This document shows positions 10,101-20,400 of a DNA stretch of 64,000 nt, piece after piece. The notes beneath the pieces were generated by a model. That model was not told where the DNA came from. It saw nothing but the letters and a program-made list of their open reading frames with translations, and did not search any database. Source of the DNA: Anaerohalosphaeraceae bacterium (GTDB lineage: Bacteria; Planctomycetota; Phycisphaerae; Sedimentisphaerales; Anaerohalosphaeraceae). How positions within the stretch are numbered: position 1 is the first letter of the stretch; every line of letters begins with the position of its first letter. Position numbers and translations under genes: made by a program. The stretch is from assembly GCA_963675525.2 (NCBI GenBank), contig CAXXSL010000011.1:512001-576000 (forward strand). Reading direction: 5' to 3'.

Positions 10101-10817
10101 GCAAACGGCCAGCTTTGAATCGGTTGAGAACGCCCCGCCCAAAGTTGCCACATTACTTTTTAACACAAACATATTGGCATCAATGGAAAAAGCGTTGCCT
10201 TTACAATTTGAGGGTTTGAGTTGGAAGAATTGACTGACGGGTTCGCTTTCGCATCCGATATCGCCGCTGCGTTTACCGCGTTTGCCGCCGGCACCCCCAA
10301 AGGCAGCAACCAGTTCGACCGGTTTGTCGGCCCCTTTTAAAACAGCCTCCACGATAAGACCGTCGGCTTCGTATAGCCCTACCACTGACAGATGCAACAT
10401 TGCATCTTTTAAGAGTAAATCGCCAATCTCATAAACCATCGCTCCGGGACGATAGCGACTGATGATTTTGTCGGTGTCATGCAGCCATTTGATTCCGTCA
10501 ACGGTTCGAATTCCGAATCGTAAATTTCCTCCCTGCCCCGGCAGATACAATGAAAATTCCGGTTTGTCTCCGGCGTCCACACGAAAGGCGGTATGGCCTC
10601 CGTACAGCGGTCGGTTAAAGAATTCGGCGCCGCTTTCGATAACAAAGTCCGTGTCTTCGGGACGGTATCGAAGGGGACGTTCGGTCTGTCCCTCGAAGGT
10701 CGGCCGAACAACCATGATGCGTTCGGGCGGATTATACGCAGCCGCACGAATACTGCCGGCGGGATTGCACACCACACATGCAATGATTATCAACAAGCGT
10801 ATCACTCTGATGCGCAT
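7152..10817 (-). CDS. DUF4450-like large secreted protein with six-hairpin glycosidase-like core
   Basis: Signal peptide; RPLRYRP...FNRPLYG...AGDKPEF N-terminus; TPDPFINA, HGAVAW..GWRGPY, YDMNLVY, WASDDLQYNGGG recalled from DUF4450 proteins. Confidence 0.7.
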   Translation of the reverse strand: MRIRVIRLLIIIACVVCNPAGSIRAAAYNPPERIMVVRPTFEGQTERPLRYRPEDTDFVIESGAEFFNRPLYGGHTAFRVDAGDKPEFSLYLPGQGGNLRFGIRTVDGIKWLHDTDKIISRYRPGAMVYEIGDLLLKDAMLHLSVVGLYEADGLIVEAVLKGADKPVELVAAFGGAGGKRGKRSGDIGCESEPVSQFFQLKPSNCKGNAFSIDANMFVLKSNVATLGGAFSTDSKLAVCDAEKWNNIYALLKSAGEQTEYPVLTATMKLSADQPVYVILKRISEDAEKFKTEQLGSLYEQTQQQRKQIAEKVSVETPDPFINAAVSALCVAADAIWDEKQASVMHGAVAWRSKYLGWRGPYANDAFGWHDRSKRHLTYWAGRQNTKPVPEAILPADPTANLSRNEPSLHSNGDMSGKHYDMNLVYMDALFRHILWTGDLELARSLWPVIERHMAWEHRLFRRTYGDDNLPVYEAYAAIWASDDLQYNGGGVTHTSAYNYYHNRMVARLAKDLGKDPAPYEQEAELILKGMQKHLWLADRGWYAEFKDLLGLQATHPSAALWTFYHTLDSEAADPMQAWQMSRFVDTQIAHIPVYGGDIPKGKYFTLPTTSWMPYTWSTNNVVMAEVAHTALAYWQAQRPDKAFALFKGCILDSMYMGKCPGNAGMTTYFDMARGEAQRDFGDAVGTCSRALIEGLFGIHPNMLKDELKITPGFPDDWPYAKLKHPDIVFEYCRKGQQETYFVRPIFAEPQALRLRIKARRTDAEVSTAGNVPVQWVIAEDAVGVPYIEINCKPAPDYKIKVVWKGQTPAATTSIPVVARHATLEVGFDGASLDIVSDPQHAVSNMSDESNALKAAASGRLGHHTIFARLERGRMRWWQPVEFETQKPFEIIAESQKEENFIEFRIRNNTAKEINTETVIRAGGQSAGMPLQIPAYGLSKKIYLLAKDFQLLPGSNRINIDLGNGKTCEGVVTNWHVSGHELPKQSDPVDLSAFYNDSITQIFQNEYLSPRSPYCSLAIPKQGIGSWCNFAKTFDVDDSGLRSAAQNNDGFFVLPQDIPFKISTKEQTKNIVFTSQWDNYPDEITIPLDGKARHIYMLMAGSTNSMQSQFDNGEVVVIYKDGSSRRLALRNPTTWWPIDQDYFIDDFGFRRPEPIPPRVDLKTGQVRILDVSEFKGKGGTVPGGAATVLDLPLDAGKELNSLKVKTLANEVVIGLMGATLVR

Positions 10818-10848
10818 CTATTTTCCCAATAAATGAAAACTTCTCGAA

Positions 10849-12546
10849 TCAGTCCCGGACAATCGCCTTTGCATCGGTTCCTTTGCCGTATTCAATGTTT
10901 CCGATCAAGGCAGGTACATCGGCGCCTTTCAAGCGAATCGTGGCGGTTTTGTCGCCCACCAGCTCCATAAACATCTTGCCGGTGGCAACAGACGCCGGTT
11001 TTTCAATTGTGAAATTCCGGCCGTTATACAGCATAAAAGACGCCCCTTCTTCCGGAATTATTGCGACATTTTTGAATGTCACCTGGTCCGCCTCGATTGC
11101 CGTGACACCGGTCTTAGCAGTTATGACAACGTTTTCCATCTCAATTTTTTGAACCGGCATTTCGGGCAATCCCTGCATATAGATCGCGCTTTCGGCGCCG
11201 CTGCACACAATATTTTTGAGATAAATATTTTGGAATCGGGGCGTTTCTTCAGAAATCGGGTCTGGAGGGATTTCAAGGCTTTGCTCGGGGCCAGGCGATT
11301 TTATGGCATAAAACATATTAAATCGAATCGCATCGGTGGCAATACCCATCATGCGAATATCTTCGATGTAGATATTTTCAACGACGCCACCCCGCCCGCG
11401 GGTGCTTTTAAAGCGAAGACCGACATCGGTTCCCAAAAATTCACAGTTGCGAACCGAGATATTGCGAACACCGCCGGACATTTCACTACCGATGACAAAA
11501 CCACCGTGGCCATGATAGACTGTACAGTCCCAAATCGCCACATTTTCCGTCGGTCTGCCTCGGCGGCGGCCGTATTCATTTTTGCCGGACTTCATGCACA
11601 TGGCATCGTCGCCAACATCAAACCGGCAATTATAAATCAAAACGTTTCGGCAGGATTCCAGGTCCAGACCGTCACCGTTCTGGCTCCACCAGGGATTTCG
11701 CACGTTAATATTGCGAATAATCATGTCCTCGCACAAAAGCGGATGAATATTCCAACTCGGCGAATTCTGGAAAGTCGGACCATCCAGCAGCACGTTTTTA
11801 CAGTTGACCAGTGAAACCATCACCGGCCTTAGAAACTCACCGGCTGCGGTATATTCGACCGGTTCTGCATGTCGCTGATTCAGTTGACGGACAGTTTCAG
11901 GCCCGTTGAGTGCTTTTTCGGACGGGTACCAAATCTTCTTGGCGGCATCCAGCACACCGCCGGAGGATACCAACGCTTTCCACTGCCCATCGGTTAACTT
12001 GGACTTTTTGACCGGCCGCCATACCTGTCCGAAACCGTCAATGATGCCGTCACCGGTAATCGCAATATTCTCCAGATTTTCGCCGGACAGCGGCGACGTG
12101 CAGCGAACCGATTCAAGTCCTTCAAACGTAGTTTTTTTCAACGGGTAGTGTTCAATGTCCGGACTGAAAAGGATGACTGCCCCCTGAGAAAGGTGCAGAT
12201 CGATATTGCTCTTAAGCCCGATGGGACCGGTCAGCCACAATCCCGCAGGCACCACCACACGTCCACCCCCGGCATTGACACAGGCCTGGATAGTCTTGGC
12301 GAATGCGACGGTGTTGAGGGTATGTCCGTCCCCAACCGCACCGAAATCCGTAATCGTGAAGGTACGGCCGGCAAACACAGGCGCCTTTATCGCAGGCATA
12401 TCAAACCCAAGAGCATCGGAGGAACGTTCGTCTCCGCTAACGCTACATCCTGACAACAAGACAACCGACATCAGCAACAACTGCAACGACAACATATATC
12501 CCGCGCCACTGCGGGGACGATATTTCCACATCCTGAATGTAACCAT
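10849..12546 (-). CDS. GH28 polygalacturonase-family lipoprotein
   Basis: Lipobox LLSG|C; intact GH28 motifs NGDG, GDDA, GHGG, RFKS. Confidence 0.92.
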   Translation of the reverse strand: MVTFRMWKYRPRSGAGYMLSLQLLLMSVVLLSGCSVSGDERSSDALGFDMPAIKAPVFAGRTFTITDFGAVGDGHTLNTVAFAKTIQACVNAGGGRVVVPAGLWLTGPIGLKSNIDLHLSQGAVILFSPDIEHYPLKKTTFEGLESVRCTSPLSGENLENIAITGDGIIDGFGQVWRPVKKSKLTDGQWKALVSSGGVLDAAKKIWYPSEKALNGPETVRQLNQRHAEPVEYTAAGEFLRPVMVSLVNCKNVLLDGPTFQNSPSWNIHPLLCEDMIIRNINVRNPWWSQNGDGLDLESCRNVLIYNCRFDVGDDAMCMKSGKNEYGRRRGRPTENVAIWDCTVYHGHGGFVIGSEMSGGVRNISVRNCEFLGTDVGLRFKSTRGRGGVVENIYIEDIRMMGIATDAIRFNMFYAIKSPGPEQSLEIPPDPISEETPRFQNIYLKNIVCSGAESAIYMQGLPEMPVQKIEMENVVITAKTGVTAIEADQVTFKNVAIIPEEGASFMLYNGRNFTIEKPASVATGKMFMELVGDKTATIRLKGADVPALIGNIEYGKGTDAKAIVRD

Positions 12547-12578
12547 ACTTCAATTCTTCCTGAAATAATTAAGAGTTT

Positions 12579-15050
12579 CTATTTATTTAACATCTCAAAT
12601 TCCAGCCCGGCCAGAATGAACGGCCCGATGGCTTTCAGATCATTGTCGCGAATTTTTTCACCGATATAATATTCGTATGAACCATCGCGATACGGATTAC
12701 CGCCAAGACCGGCAACCGAGCAGCAATTGTGAATATTCACAAGTCCGTCGTCCACCGTTACTAATTCGTTGAGGATTCCCGTATAGCCTTTGCGTGCCAC
12801 ATCAAGGAATTTCTCATCCACATAGCCTTTTCTTACCGCTTTGGCCATTGCGTAGGTATACATGCAGGATGCGGTTGCTTCGAGGTAGTTACCTTCACGC
12901 GTGCCTTGATCCAACACCTGATACCACAGGCCGGTTTTGGGGTCCTGTACCTTTTCCAGGGCCGTAAACATGCGGTCGAGGATGGCAATGATGGCCGGAC
13001 GCTTTGGATGATCCACGGGCAACTCGTCCAGAACATCGACAACAGCCATTGCATACCAGCCTATTGCTCGTCCCCAAAAATGAGGCGACTTACCCGTCTC
13101 GGGGTCGGCCCAGCGCTGCTGGCGGCTTTCGTCCCACGCATGATGGAGCAGACCTGTTTTGGAATCGCGAGCATGTTTTTCCATGAGTATGATTTGATTG
13201 GCAACATCGTCAAACAATGCCGGTTCGTCAAACCGATTGGCATACTGCGCTAAAAATGGAGGCCCCATATAGAGACCATCCAGCCACATTTGATGCGGGT
13301 AGCGTTTCTTGTGCCAAAAGCCCCCTTCGCTGGTACGGGGGTGGTCTTTCATTTGTTCACGCAGGGTCATGATGGCTGTTTTATATTTTTCTTTCTTGGT
13401 TACATCATACAAATACAGCAGCGCGGTACCGGGCTTGATCATATCAATGTTGTATTTTGTAATATCATAGGTTTGGATCTGGCCTTCGTCATTGATCAGC
13501 CTGTCATAGTACCCTTCAATATAATCCAGGATTTTCCGGTCGCCGGTTTTTTCATAGACTTGCCACATCGCCTTAAAAACCAACCCATAAACATAGCTCC
13601 ATTTCGGCGTTGTTGAAAAATCCATACTCCAGTAATCCGCATTGCGATTGATAATCGTATACGTCATTTTTTCCGCCCAGTCATCGGTGATGGACTTTTC
13701 CTCCTTGGGCAGTACAACAAAACCTTTAATCCCTACAGTAATGCCCTCTTTTTCCGTGTTCTCAAAGGTGCAGCCCTTTAAGACAACGTTTTGAATCGGG
13801 TTGTGGTCATACCCCTGGATAAGCCATGGATATTTACTTTTGTAGCTGTGCACATTGGTCATAAAAACATTTCTGACCGTCGGCGGAAAGTCCCCGTTGT
13901 CGCCTTCCTGATAGTGGTAGTTAATCCTCAGAGCGGCTTCCTTAACCTGCTTCATCGTCACGTTTCGCATAAAGACGTTTTCGACCACGCCGCCGCGGAC
14001 GGAGTTGGTCTTGATGCGCAGTCCGCGATCCAGATTCGGGCTGTCCATGATGCAGTCTTCGGCGAAAATGTTGCGGGCGCTGCCGGAGATTTCGCTGCCG
14101 ATGACCACCCCGCCGTGGCCATCCTTCATGACACAATCCCTGACAATGATATTTTCAGATGGCACGTTGACCCGCCGTCCGTCTGTGTTACGTCCGGACT
14201 TGATCGCGATGCAGTCATCGCCGGTATCAAAGTGGCAGTCCTCGATCAGAACGTATTGGCACGATTCCGGATTGCAGCCGTCATTATTCGGTCCATGCCC
14301 AACAACCGTGACGTTTCGGACTGTGATATTGCTGCTCAAAACAGGGTGAATATGCCACATGGGGCTGTTCTTGATCGTCACGCCTTCGATCAGAATATTC
14401 TTGCAGCGATAGGGCTGAATCATATTCGGGCGCAGTTTGTAGCCGTCGCCAAACACGCGTTTTTCAACCGGGACATTCTCGTCGCCCTGCTTGCACAGCA
14501 ATGTCACATCAGCTTTTTGCGTCCACTTCCAGCGCCACCAGTTCGTATTGCTGCCGTTGCCGTCCAGTGTGCCCTCGCCGGTAATCGCCAGGTTTTCCTG
14601 CTCAAACGCATAGATCAGCGGCGAATAGTTCATGCACTCTGTACCTTCAAAGCGTGTATAGACCACCGGGTAATCGTCGGTGTTCGTGAAAAAGCTGACG
14701 ATGGCATCTTTGGTCACGTGAAGATTCACATTGCTTTTCAGATGAATCGCACCGGTCAGATAAACCCCTTCCGGTACAACTACCCGGCCGCCGCCGGCAG
14801 CATGACAGGCATCTATCGCCTTGTTAAATGCTTGCGTACAATCGGTGTCCCCATCACCTTTGGCGCCGTACTTGGTAATCACAAAATCTTTATCGGGGAA
14901 CACGGGCGGTTGGATACTCTCAAGGATGCCGGGAAGCATCTTCCAACCCTCTTCTTCGGTCATCACGCCGTATAACGGTGCATTGGCAAAAACAACACAT
15001 AAACAAACAATACACAGTCCCGCAATTAGTTTGTGTTGGAACACGTTCAT
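12579..15050 (-). CDS. GH28 glycoside hydrolase fused to GH105 unsaturated (rhamno)galacturonyl hydrolase
   Basis: GH28 motifs NNDG, GDDC, GHGG, RIKT; GH105 motifs GGFWHK, QMWLDGLYM, FWGRAIGW, NYLEATAS, VAGLGG; signal peptide. Confidence 0.92.
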   Translation of the reverse strand: MNVFQHKLIAGLCIVCLCVVFANAPLYGVMTEEEGWKMLPGILESIQPPVFPDKDFVITKYGAKGDGDTDCTQAFNKAIDACHAAGGGRVVVPEGVYLTGAIHLKSNVNLHVTKDAIVSFFTNTDDYPVVYTRFEGTECMNYSPLIYAFEQENLAITGEGTLDGNGSNTNWWRWKWTQKADVTLLCKQGDENVPVEKRVFGDGYKLRPNMIQPYRCKNILIEGVTIKNSPMWHIHPVLSSNITVRNVTVVGHGPNNDGCNPESCQYVLIEDCHFDTGDDCIAIKSGRNTDGRRVNVPSENIIVRDCVMKDGHGGVVIGSEISGSARNIFAEDCIMDSPNLDRGLRIKTNSVRGGVVENVFMRNVTMKQVKEAALRINYHYQEGDNGDFPPTVRNVFMTNVHSYKSKYPWLIQGYDHNPIQNVVLKGCTFENTEKEGITVGIKGFVVLPKEEKSITDDWAEKMTYTIINRNADYWSMDFSTTPKWSYVYGLVFKAMWQVYEKTGDRKILDYIEGYYDRLINDEGQIQTYDITKYNIDMIKPGTALLYLYDVTKKEKYKTAIMTLREQMKDHPRTSEGGFWHKKRYPHQMWLDGLYMGPPFLAQYANRFDEPALFDDVANQIILMEKHARDSKTGLLHHAWDESRQQRWADPETGKSPHFWGRAIGWYAMAVVDVLDELPVDHPKRPAIIAILDRMFTALEKVQDPKTGLWYQVLDQGTREGNYLEATASCMYTYAMAKAVRKGYVDEKFLDVARKGYTGILNELVTVDDGLVNIHNCCSVAGLGGNPYRDGSYEYYIGEKIRDNDLKAIGPFILAGLEFEMLNK

Positions 15051-15163
15051 TAGCTCTCCCTTTCCAATTTTCTGAGTTTTTATTATTTATAACGAAACAA
15101 ATACGACATTTATTTTGGTTTTATTAATCATTTTTTGATTTCATGCGCTATTTTTCAAGGTCG

Positions 15164-17428
15164 CTACGCCCCAATGCGAACAATAACCCATACAAACAAT
15201 AAAACCAATCCCACGCCCGCGACGGATAGAATAAAACCGATCCAGTCCTGTCGGTTCCATTTGTAAATCTCGAACTGTGTTCTTGGGAAAACCAGCAGAT
15301 AATTCAAGCGGTTCGGATTTTGGAGCGACTGTTCCACCTCTTTTGCATCGGCAACAGGATCCGGAATCACCTTGGTTCGCATTTTGGCATAAAAACGATT
15401 GAGCACATCTTCAGGATCCGGACGTGTCAGCAGGGATGTTACAATCAAAATCAAAAACGGCAACAGCGTCCGGAAAAGAATTCGCAGCGTTTCATTCAGC
15501 GCATAGGGGTTCGTTTCCAAATCAAGACCACACTTTTCAAGAATCCACAATTCGATACTGAACTGTCCTTTACCATAGAGTTGCCCATCAGCATCGGCCT
15601 TGATGCCCTGTGTCCAGAAAATACTGCGTTTTGCAAACGTATACCGCTGCTCAAACGCCTGACCGACAGCAATTGGCTCCGGACGGTCGTCGGTCACTTG
15701 GCCGAATTGATTTTGCTTGTCCCACAGAGCAATTGCTTCGGCTCTTTTCTGGACATCAAATTCGCGTGCTGTTTCAGTCACCACAAGCGGAGACGGTTGA
15801 GTCGTTCGCAATAGATTCTCGTTACACCGCATGTCCGGCTTCAACATCGGCGCCAAAACCGGGATCAGCAAAAACAACAGCGAACCGATACCGATCGACA
15901 TCCATGCCCCGGTGCGATTGGCACGGCGCCATTTGATGCCGAGCCAGTACGCCGGGGCCAGCATGACATTGATTTCCCAGATAAACTTAAGAATCTGCAA
16001 AATCGTATCAAATTGCAGGGCAATCCAGGCACCGCCGAGAACAACCAACGTGCCGGAAATGCGACCGGCCCAGACATAGTGTCGCTGACTGCGGCCCGGA
16101 ACCAGTGGTTCATAAAAGTTGTGTGTCAGCAGACTGGCACAGGTGATCATGTAACAGTCCACGGTGGACATTAACGCGGCCATCAGGCAGGCAATCATTA
16201 ACCCTACCAGACCCATCCCGAGCGGGCCGAGCAGATCCAGCGTCGCATGCCCCCAAACCAGGTCTGAATGAATCACCTTGCCGCTGTAAAGAACGATGGC
16301 CCCTAATCCGAAAATCGCCCAGAAAACCGTACAGAATCGTTTCAAAAAATTACCCATGACCACACCGGCCCGGTTGGATAATTCATCCTTGGCCGAGCCT
16401 GCCAAAACCGCCCCGTTCGGTTGCACAACAACAGTAATGGCCGCCATAAAAGAGAGTGTAATCACATAATACCATGTAAAATCCGGGGTTTGCGGTGCGC
16501 CGAATATCTGAAAATACGATTCCGGCAACTGGTGATGAATCGTTCTCAACGCATCGGAAAAAGAGGCGCCGCCGTAAATCGCGTTGATTTTTGCCCAACC
16601 GAATGGAATCAGCAGCACTGACAGCACAATGATAAAAAGCCCCTGTACCATGTCGGTTAAAAATGCCGCCTCCAGCCCTCCAACGACAGCGTAAAGCAAA
16701 ACGATAATACAAACTCCCCAAATCAGCGCGCTTTTGGACACATGTGAAATCAATGCCGCCGGTTTCATTGTGTCCAGAACATCCAACTCTGCTGTTTGCT
16801 CGGATGCACGGTGATCTGGAGTGATTTCCTGAAGTGCTTGTCGCCGAAGCAGTTGGTCATAGCTAAGTACTTCAATGGAACCGTGTATGGCCGCGGCGGT
16901 AATCCGCTGGGCTTCATACGCCTGGTCGTATTGGTGCCGGTCACTTTCTGTATAACTGATCGCCGCCTTCGGAGTAATCGCCAAAATTGTTTTGGTCATC
17001 GCGCTGAATCCCAACGCAATAAACGCCATCATCCCGATCGATCCGATCAACGAATACACCGCGCCCATTCTGACTGAGTTGAAACGTTCGCAGAAATAAT
17101 CCCCCAGCGTCATCACACGCATCCGTCGGGGCCAATGCGTCACAACCCAATAAAGAGGTGTCGCAAAAAGATACAACAGCGAACTCCAGATGCCCGCAAT
17201 GCCGTTATTAAACGTTGTCGTGGTAACGCCCACGGCATTATCCGCCGAAGTCGCCTGTCCAAAAGCAGCAAACGTCTGTATCAGTTTACCGAATCGACGA
17301 CCCGCAAGAAAATAATCCTCCTGATTTTTGATACGGCGGGACGACCAAATACCGATGCCGACCATCATGGCAAAATAAAAAACGATGACAATTATATCTG
17401 CTATTTCAAGACCAAACATCCAGCACAC
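15164..17428 (-). CDS. Sodium:solute symporter (SSS family)
   Basis: EDYFLAGRRFG, GGLEAAFLTD, LMAALMST motifs; many TM helices with two large soluble loops. Confidence 0.9.
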   Translation of the reverse strand: MCWMFGLEIADIIVIVFYFAMMVGIGIWSSRRIKNQEDYFLAGRRFGKLIQTFAAFGQATSADNAVGVTTTTFNNGIAGIWSSLLYLFATPLYWVVTHWPRRMRVMTLGDYFCERFNSVRMGAVYSLIGSIGMMAFIALGFSAMTKTILAITPKAAISYTESDRHQYDQAYEAQRITAAAIHGSIEVLSYDQLLRRQALQEITPDHRASEQTAELDVLDTMKPAALISHVSKSALIWGVCIIVLLYAVVGGLEAAFLTDMVQGLFIIVLSVLLIPFGWAKINAIYGGASFSDALRTIHHQLPESYFQIFGAPQTPDFTWYYVITLSFMAAITVVVQPNGAVLAGSAKDELSNRAGVVMGNFLKRFCTVFWAIFGLGAIVLYSGKVIHSDLVWGHATLDLLGPLGMGLVGLMIACLMAALMSTVDCYMITCASLLTHNFYEPLVPGRSQRHYVWAGRISGTLVVLGGAWIALQFDTILQILKFIWEINVMLAPAYWLGIKWRRANRTGAWMSIGIGSLLFLLIPVLAPMLKPDMRCNENLLRTTQPSPLVVTETAREFDVQKRAEAIALWDKQNQFGQVTDDRPEPIAVGQAFEQRYTFAKRSIFWTQGIKADADGQLYGKGQFSIELWILEKCGLDLETNPYALNETLRILFRTLLPFLILIVTSLLTRPDPEDVLNRFYAKMRTKVIPDPVADAKEVEQSLQNPNRLNYLLVFPRTQFEIYKWNRQDWIGFILSVAGVGLVLLFVWVIVRIGA

Positions 17429-17445
17429 CTTTCATGGATAAATTA

Positions 17446-20400
17446 TTATTCTATACGAACCACTTCTTTTGTCGCGCCGTCTTTGACGCAAACAATTTCA
17501 GAAACCTTCGAAAGATCACTTTCCCGGATATGAATATTTGACGAAGTGGCACCGGAAACTTCAAGAAAAACCTCCGTCTGCTCTGCTATGGTATTTTGGC
17601 ATATCGTAACATCAGAACCGTTCGTGATACGATAGACAGATCCTTGTTGGGGCGTTACCGAAACAGTATCAAAAACAAGATTCTTCACGTTCTCACAGAC
17701 AATCCCCTGTTTTGAGGAAATGGATATATTTTCAAAATGCACATTCTCGATGGGGGCATCTTCCAGTGCCCGCATAAGAATTGCAGTTGGTGCCCCTTCA
17801 CAGGTCAGGTTGCGAATATCGAAGTTGCGAAAAATCGGAGCCTTTTCGTTTTGGGCCTGCTTTTTATCTGAACTGTAAGCCATATTAAAAATAACTGCCT
17901 CGCGCTGCATGTTTCTAAGTTTCAGGTCGCGTGCCCAAACATTTTCAACAACCCCTCCGCGACCGCGTTTGGATTTAATGCGAATGGCCCGGTCCGTTCC
18001 CTCGAACGTACAGTCATACATATAGACATTGCGAACGTCACCGGACATTTCACTGCCGATCACCAGGCCGCCGTGCCCGCGTTTGCTAAAGCAGTGACGC
18101 ATGACGACGTTTTCCGTCGGTTTGCCCACGCGCCAACCGTCTTCATTATAACCGGACTTAAGAACCACACAATCGTCGCCGGTGTCAAAAGTGCAGTGTT
18201 CAATAAGAACATTCCTGCAGGAATCCGGGTCGATCCCGTCATTATTCGGGCCATCCGTCAGAACATTAACCCGGCGAATAATCACGTTTTCGCAATAGAC
18301 CGGATGAATCGTCCAGTTAGGACCACTTCCGATCGTAAAACCTTCCAGCAGAACATTCCGGCAGTTCATTAAACACAGGAAGTTGGGACGTATAGCGGCT
18401 TCCGGAGTTCCGAACACTCGCTTTTCCACCGGCACGCCGGCGGCAGCCATCTCAAAGAATGCCTTGGTTTCCCGGCCTTTCCACGGCCACCAGGCTTCGG
18501 CATTGCCGTTTAACTTACCCGGGCCCGTCACGGCCACATTTTCACAATCCCATGCGTAAATCAACGGCGAATAATTATACAATTCGATTCCCCCGACCCG
18601 CACCAGAACAACGGGAAGGTAATCTTCAAGACGGTCGCTAAATATGATTTCCGCCCCTTCGGCAAGGTGCAGGTCTATATTGCTTTTCAGATGAATTGGG
18701 CCGGTATACCATTTGCCCTGAGGCACCAGCACACGCCCCCCGCCCGCATCAGCACACATCTTAATCGCTTCCGAGAAGGCCTTCGTGTTATCCGTCTGTC
18801 CGCCGTCAATGGCTCCATGGTTACGGATGTCCACAACACGGTTGGGGAATTCCGGACGTTTTAGTTCCGGCATCGGGAACGGCGCATGAATCGGCTCAAT
18901 CGATTCGTTAAGACGTATCTTAAGGCCTGCCAGGATATCCCGATCGATCTTGAGGACGTTGCCGTAATAATAACCTGCCGGAAACGACACAAACTCTGTC
19001 ACATCCATCCATGTATTGAAATCCCGTGTTATCAATGCGCCGCGTTTTTGACCGTCGGCGGATTCGAAATAGACAATCATTTCGTCGCCGATTTGCAGGA
19101 CCGCTGGGTTTTGATATGACGTCTGCGGCAGCACATTTTCCGCAGGCCCCCATGGCCCCTGCAGCGCATCGGCAAAACTGACACACAGCGTCTTACACAT
19201 TTTCCGACGATCCTCATGGACCATCGCATAGCGGTTGGATTGTTCGACGATCACGGCATTGTTAACACTGTAGCCCGGCTCAAAAAACGGCTCCGCCGGC
19301 GTAAATATTTCGAAGTCCGATGTCGTTGTAACCCAAAGCCGCGGATTGTCTTTGACGTCCTCCTGATAGGCCTGAAAGTAATTGCCCGGAAGCGTCGAAG
19401 CCCATGTCATGACAAATTTTTCGGCAGCCGTATCATAAAAAAGTTTCGGATCAACCACATAAAAGGCCTTCTGTTCTTTCATCAGGTCGAAAGACCTGGC
19501 GTCGGACCAGTCAATCAGATCGCCTGAGTGTGCATAGCCGATTTCCTGTCCGTTGTTCAGACCGGTCTGCCAGACCAGATGAAATGCTCCATCGGGCCCG
19601 CACAACAAATACGGATGGATAATGGGTTTTGGCGCATCCGTGCTCGGTATCACAATCGGTCCGGCCAGCTTTTGCCAGTCAAGCCCGTTCTCACTGTAAA
19701 AAAAAACCAGTCCCCCTTTGCCGCTTTTACAAAAAGACGTAAAAAGGTACGCTGAACCGTCACGCGTATCGTCCGCGATTTTTTTCTTAAGTGATTGAAT
19801 ATCCGTAGCGGATGCAGGAACGATTTTCGAAGTAGTGGACACCGTTCCCGCTATCGGGTTCCATCCGTCATCGCCGCTTAATACCGTTTGAATTGTAATC
19901 TTTTCGGCCTGCTCGGCAGTCAGTTGACGTGACCACTCAACACGGGCATCCGGATTGGCGCCGGGGCCGGTACTGTTATATTCGCCATACCGGGCTGTTT
20001 TTTCGCGGTGCGGCCTTTTCCAGTTATGCCAGCCTTCGGGGCGAACAATATCTGACATCTCTGTATTTAGAAAAATGACACTTGCATAATCCCGCCACGG
20101 TCGGCCGAGATAGGTTTTGGAATCTTTCGGCTGGCCGGTAATCTTACAGTTCGAAAAAACATATCCGTATGGCTGATGCTGGGGCGTAGAGGCCGCCGTA
20201 ATATAACTGCCTTCAAGACAATGAATATGGCACTTTTCAAAAAAGGCGGTGCCGCCGCCGAAGATAAAATCACAATGTCCCACAATGTAGCAGTTCTCGT
20301 AATAATGCCGCCCTGTCTGGTCCAGCAGGGTATCCTGCCAGCCTAAAAAGCGGCAATTGCGAAAGATAACCCGGTCACCCACAACGGTGACAGCCAACGC

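Noticed and set aside
13791..14975. 394-aa plus-strand ORF and many other 60-220 aa ORFs overlapping the called genes
   Set aside because: Antisense or alternate-frame shadows of well-supported genes, with no motifs or RBS
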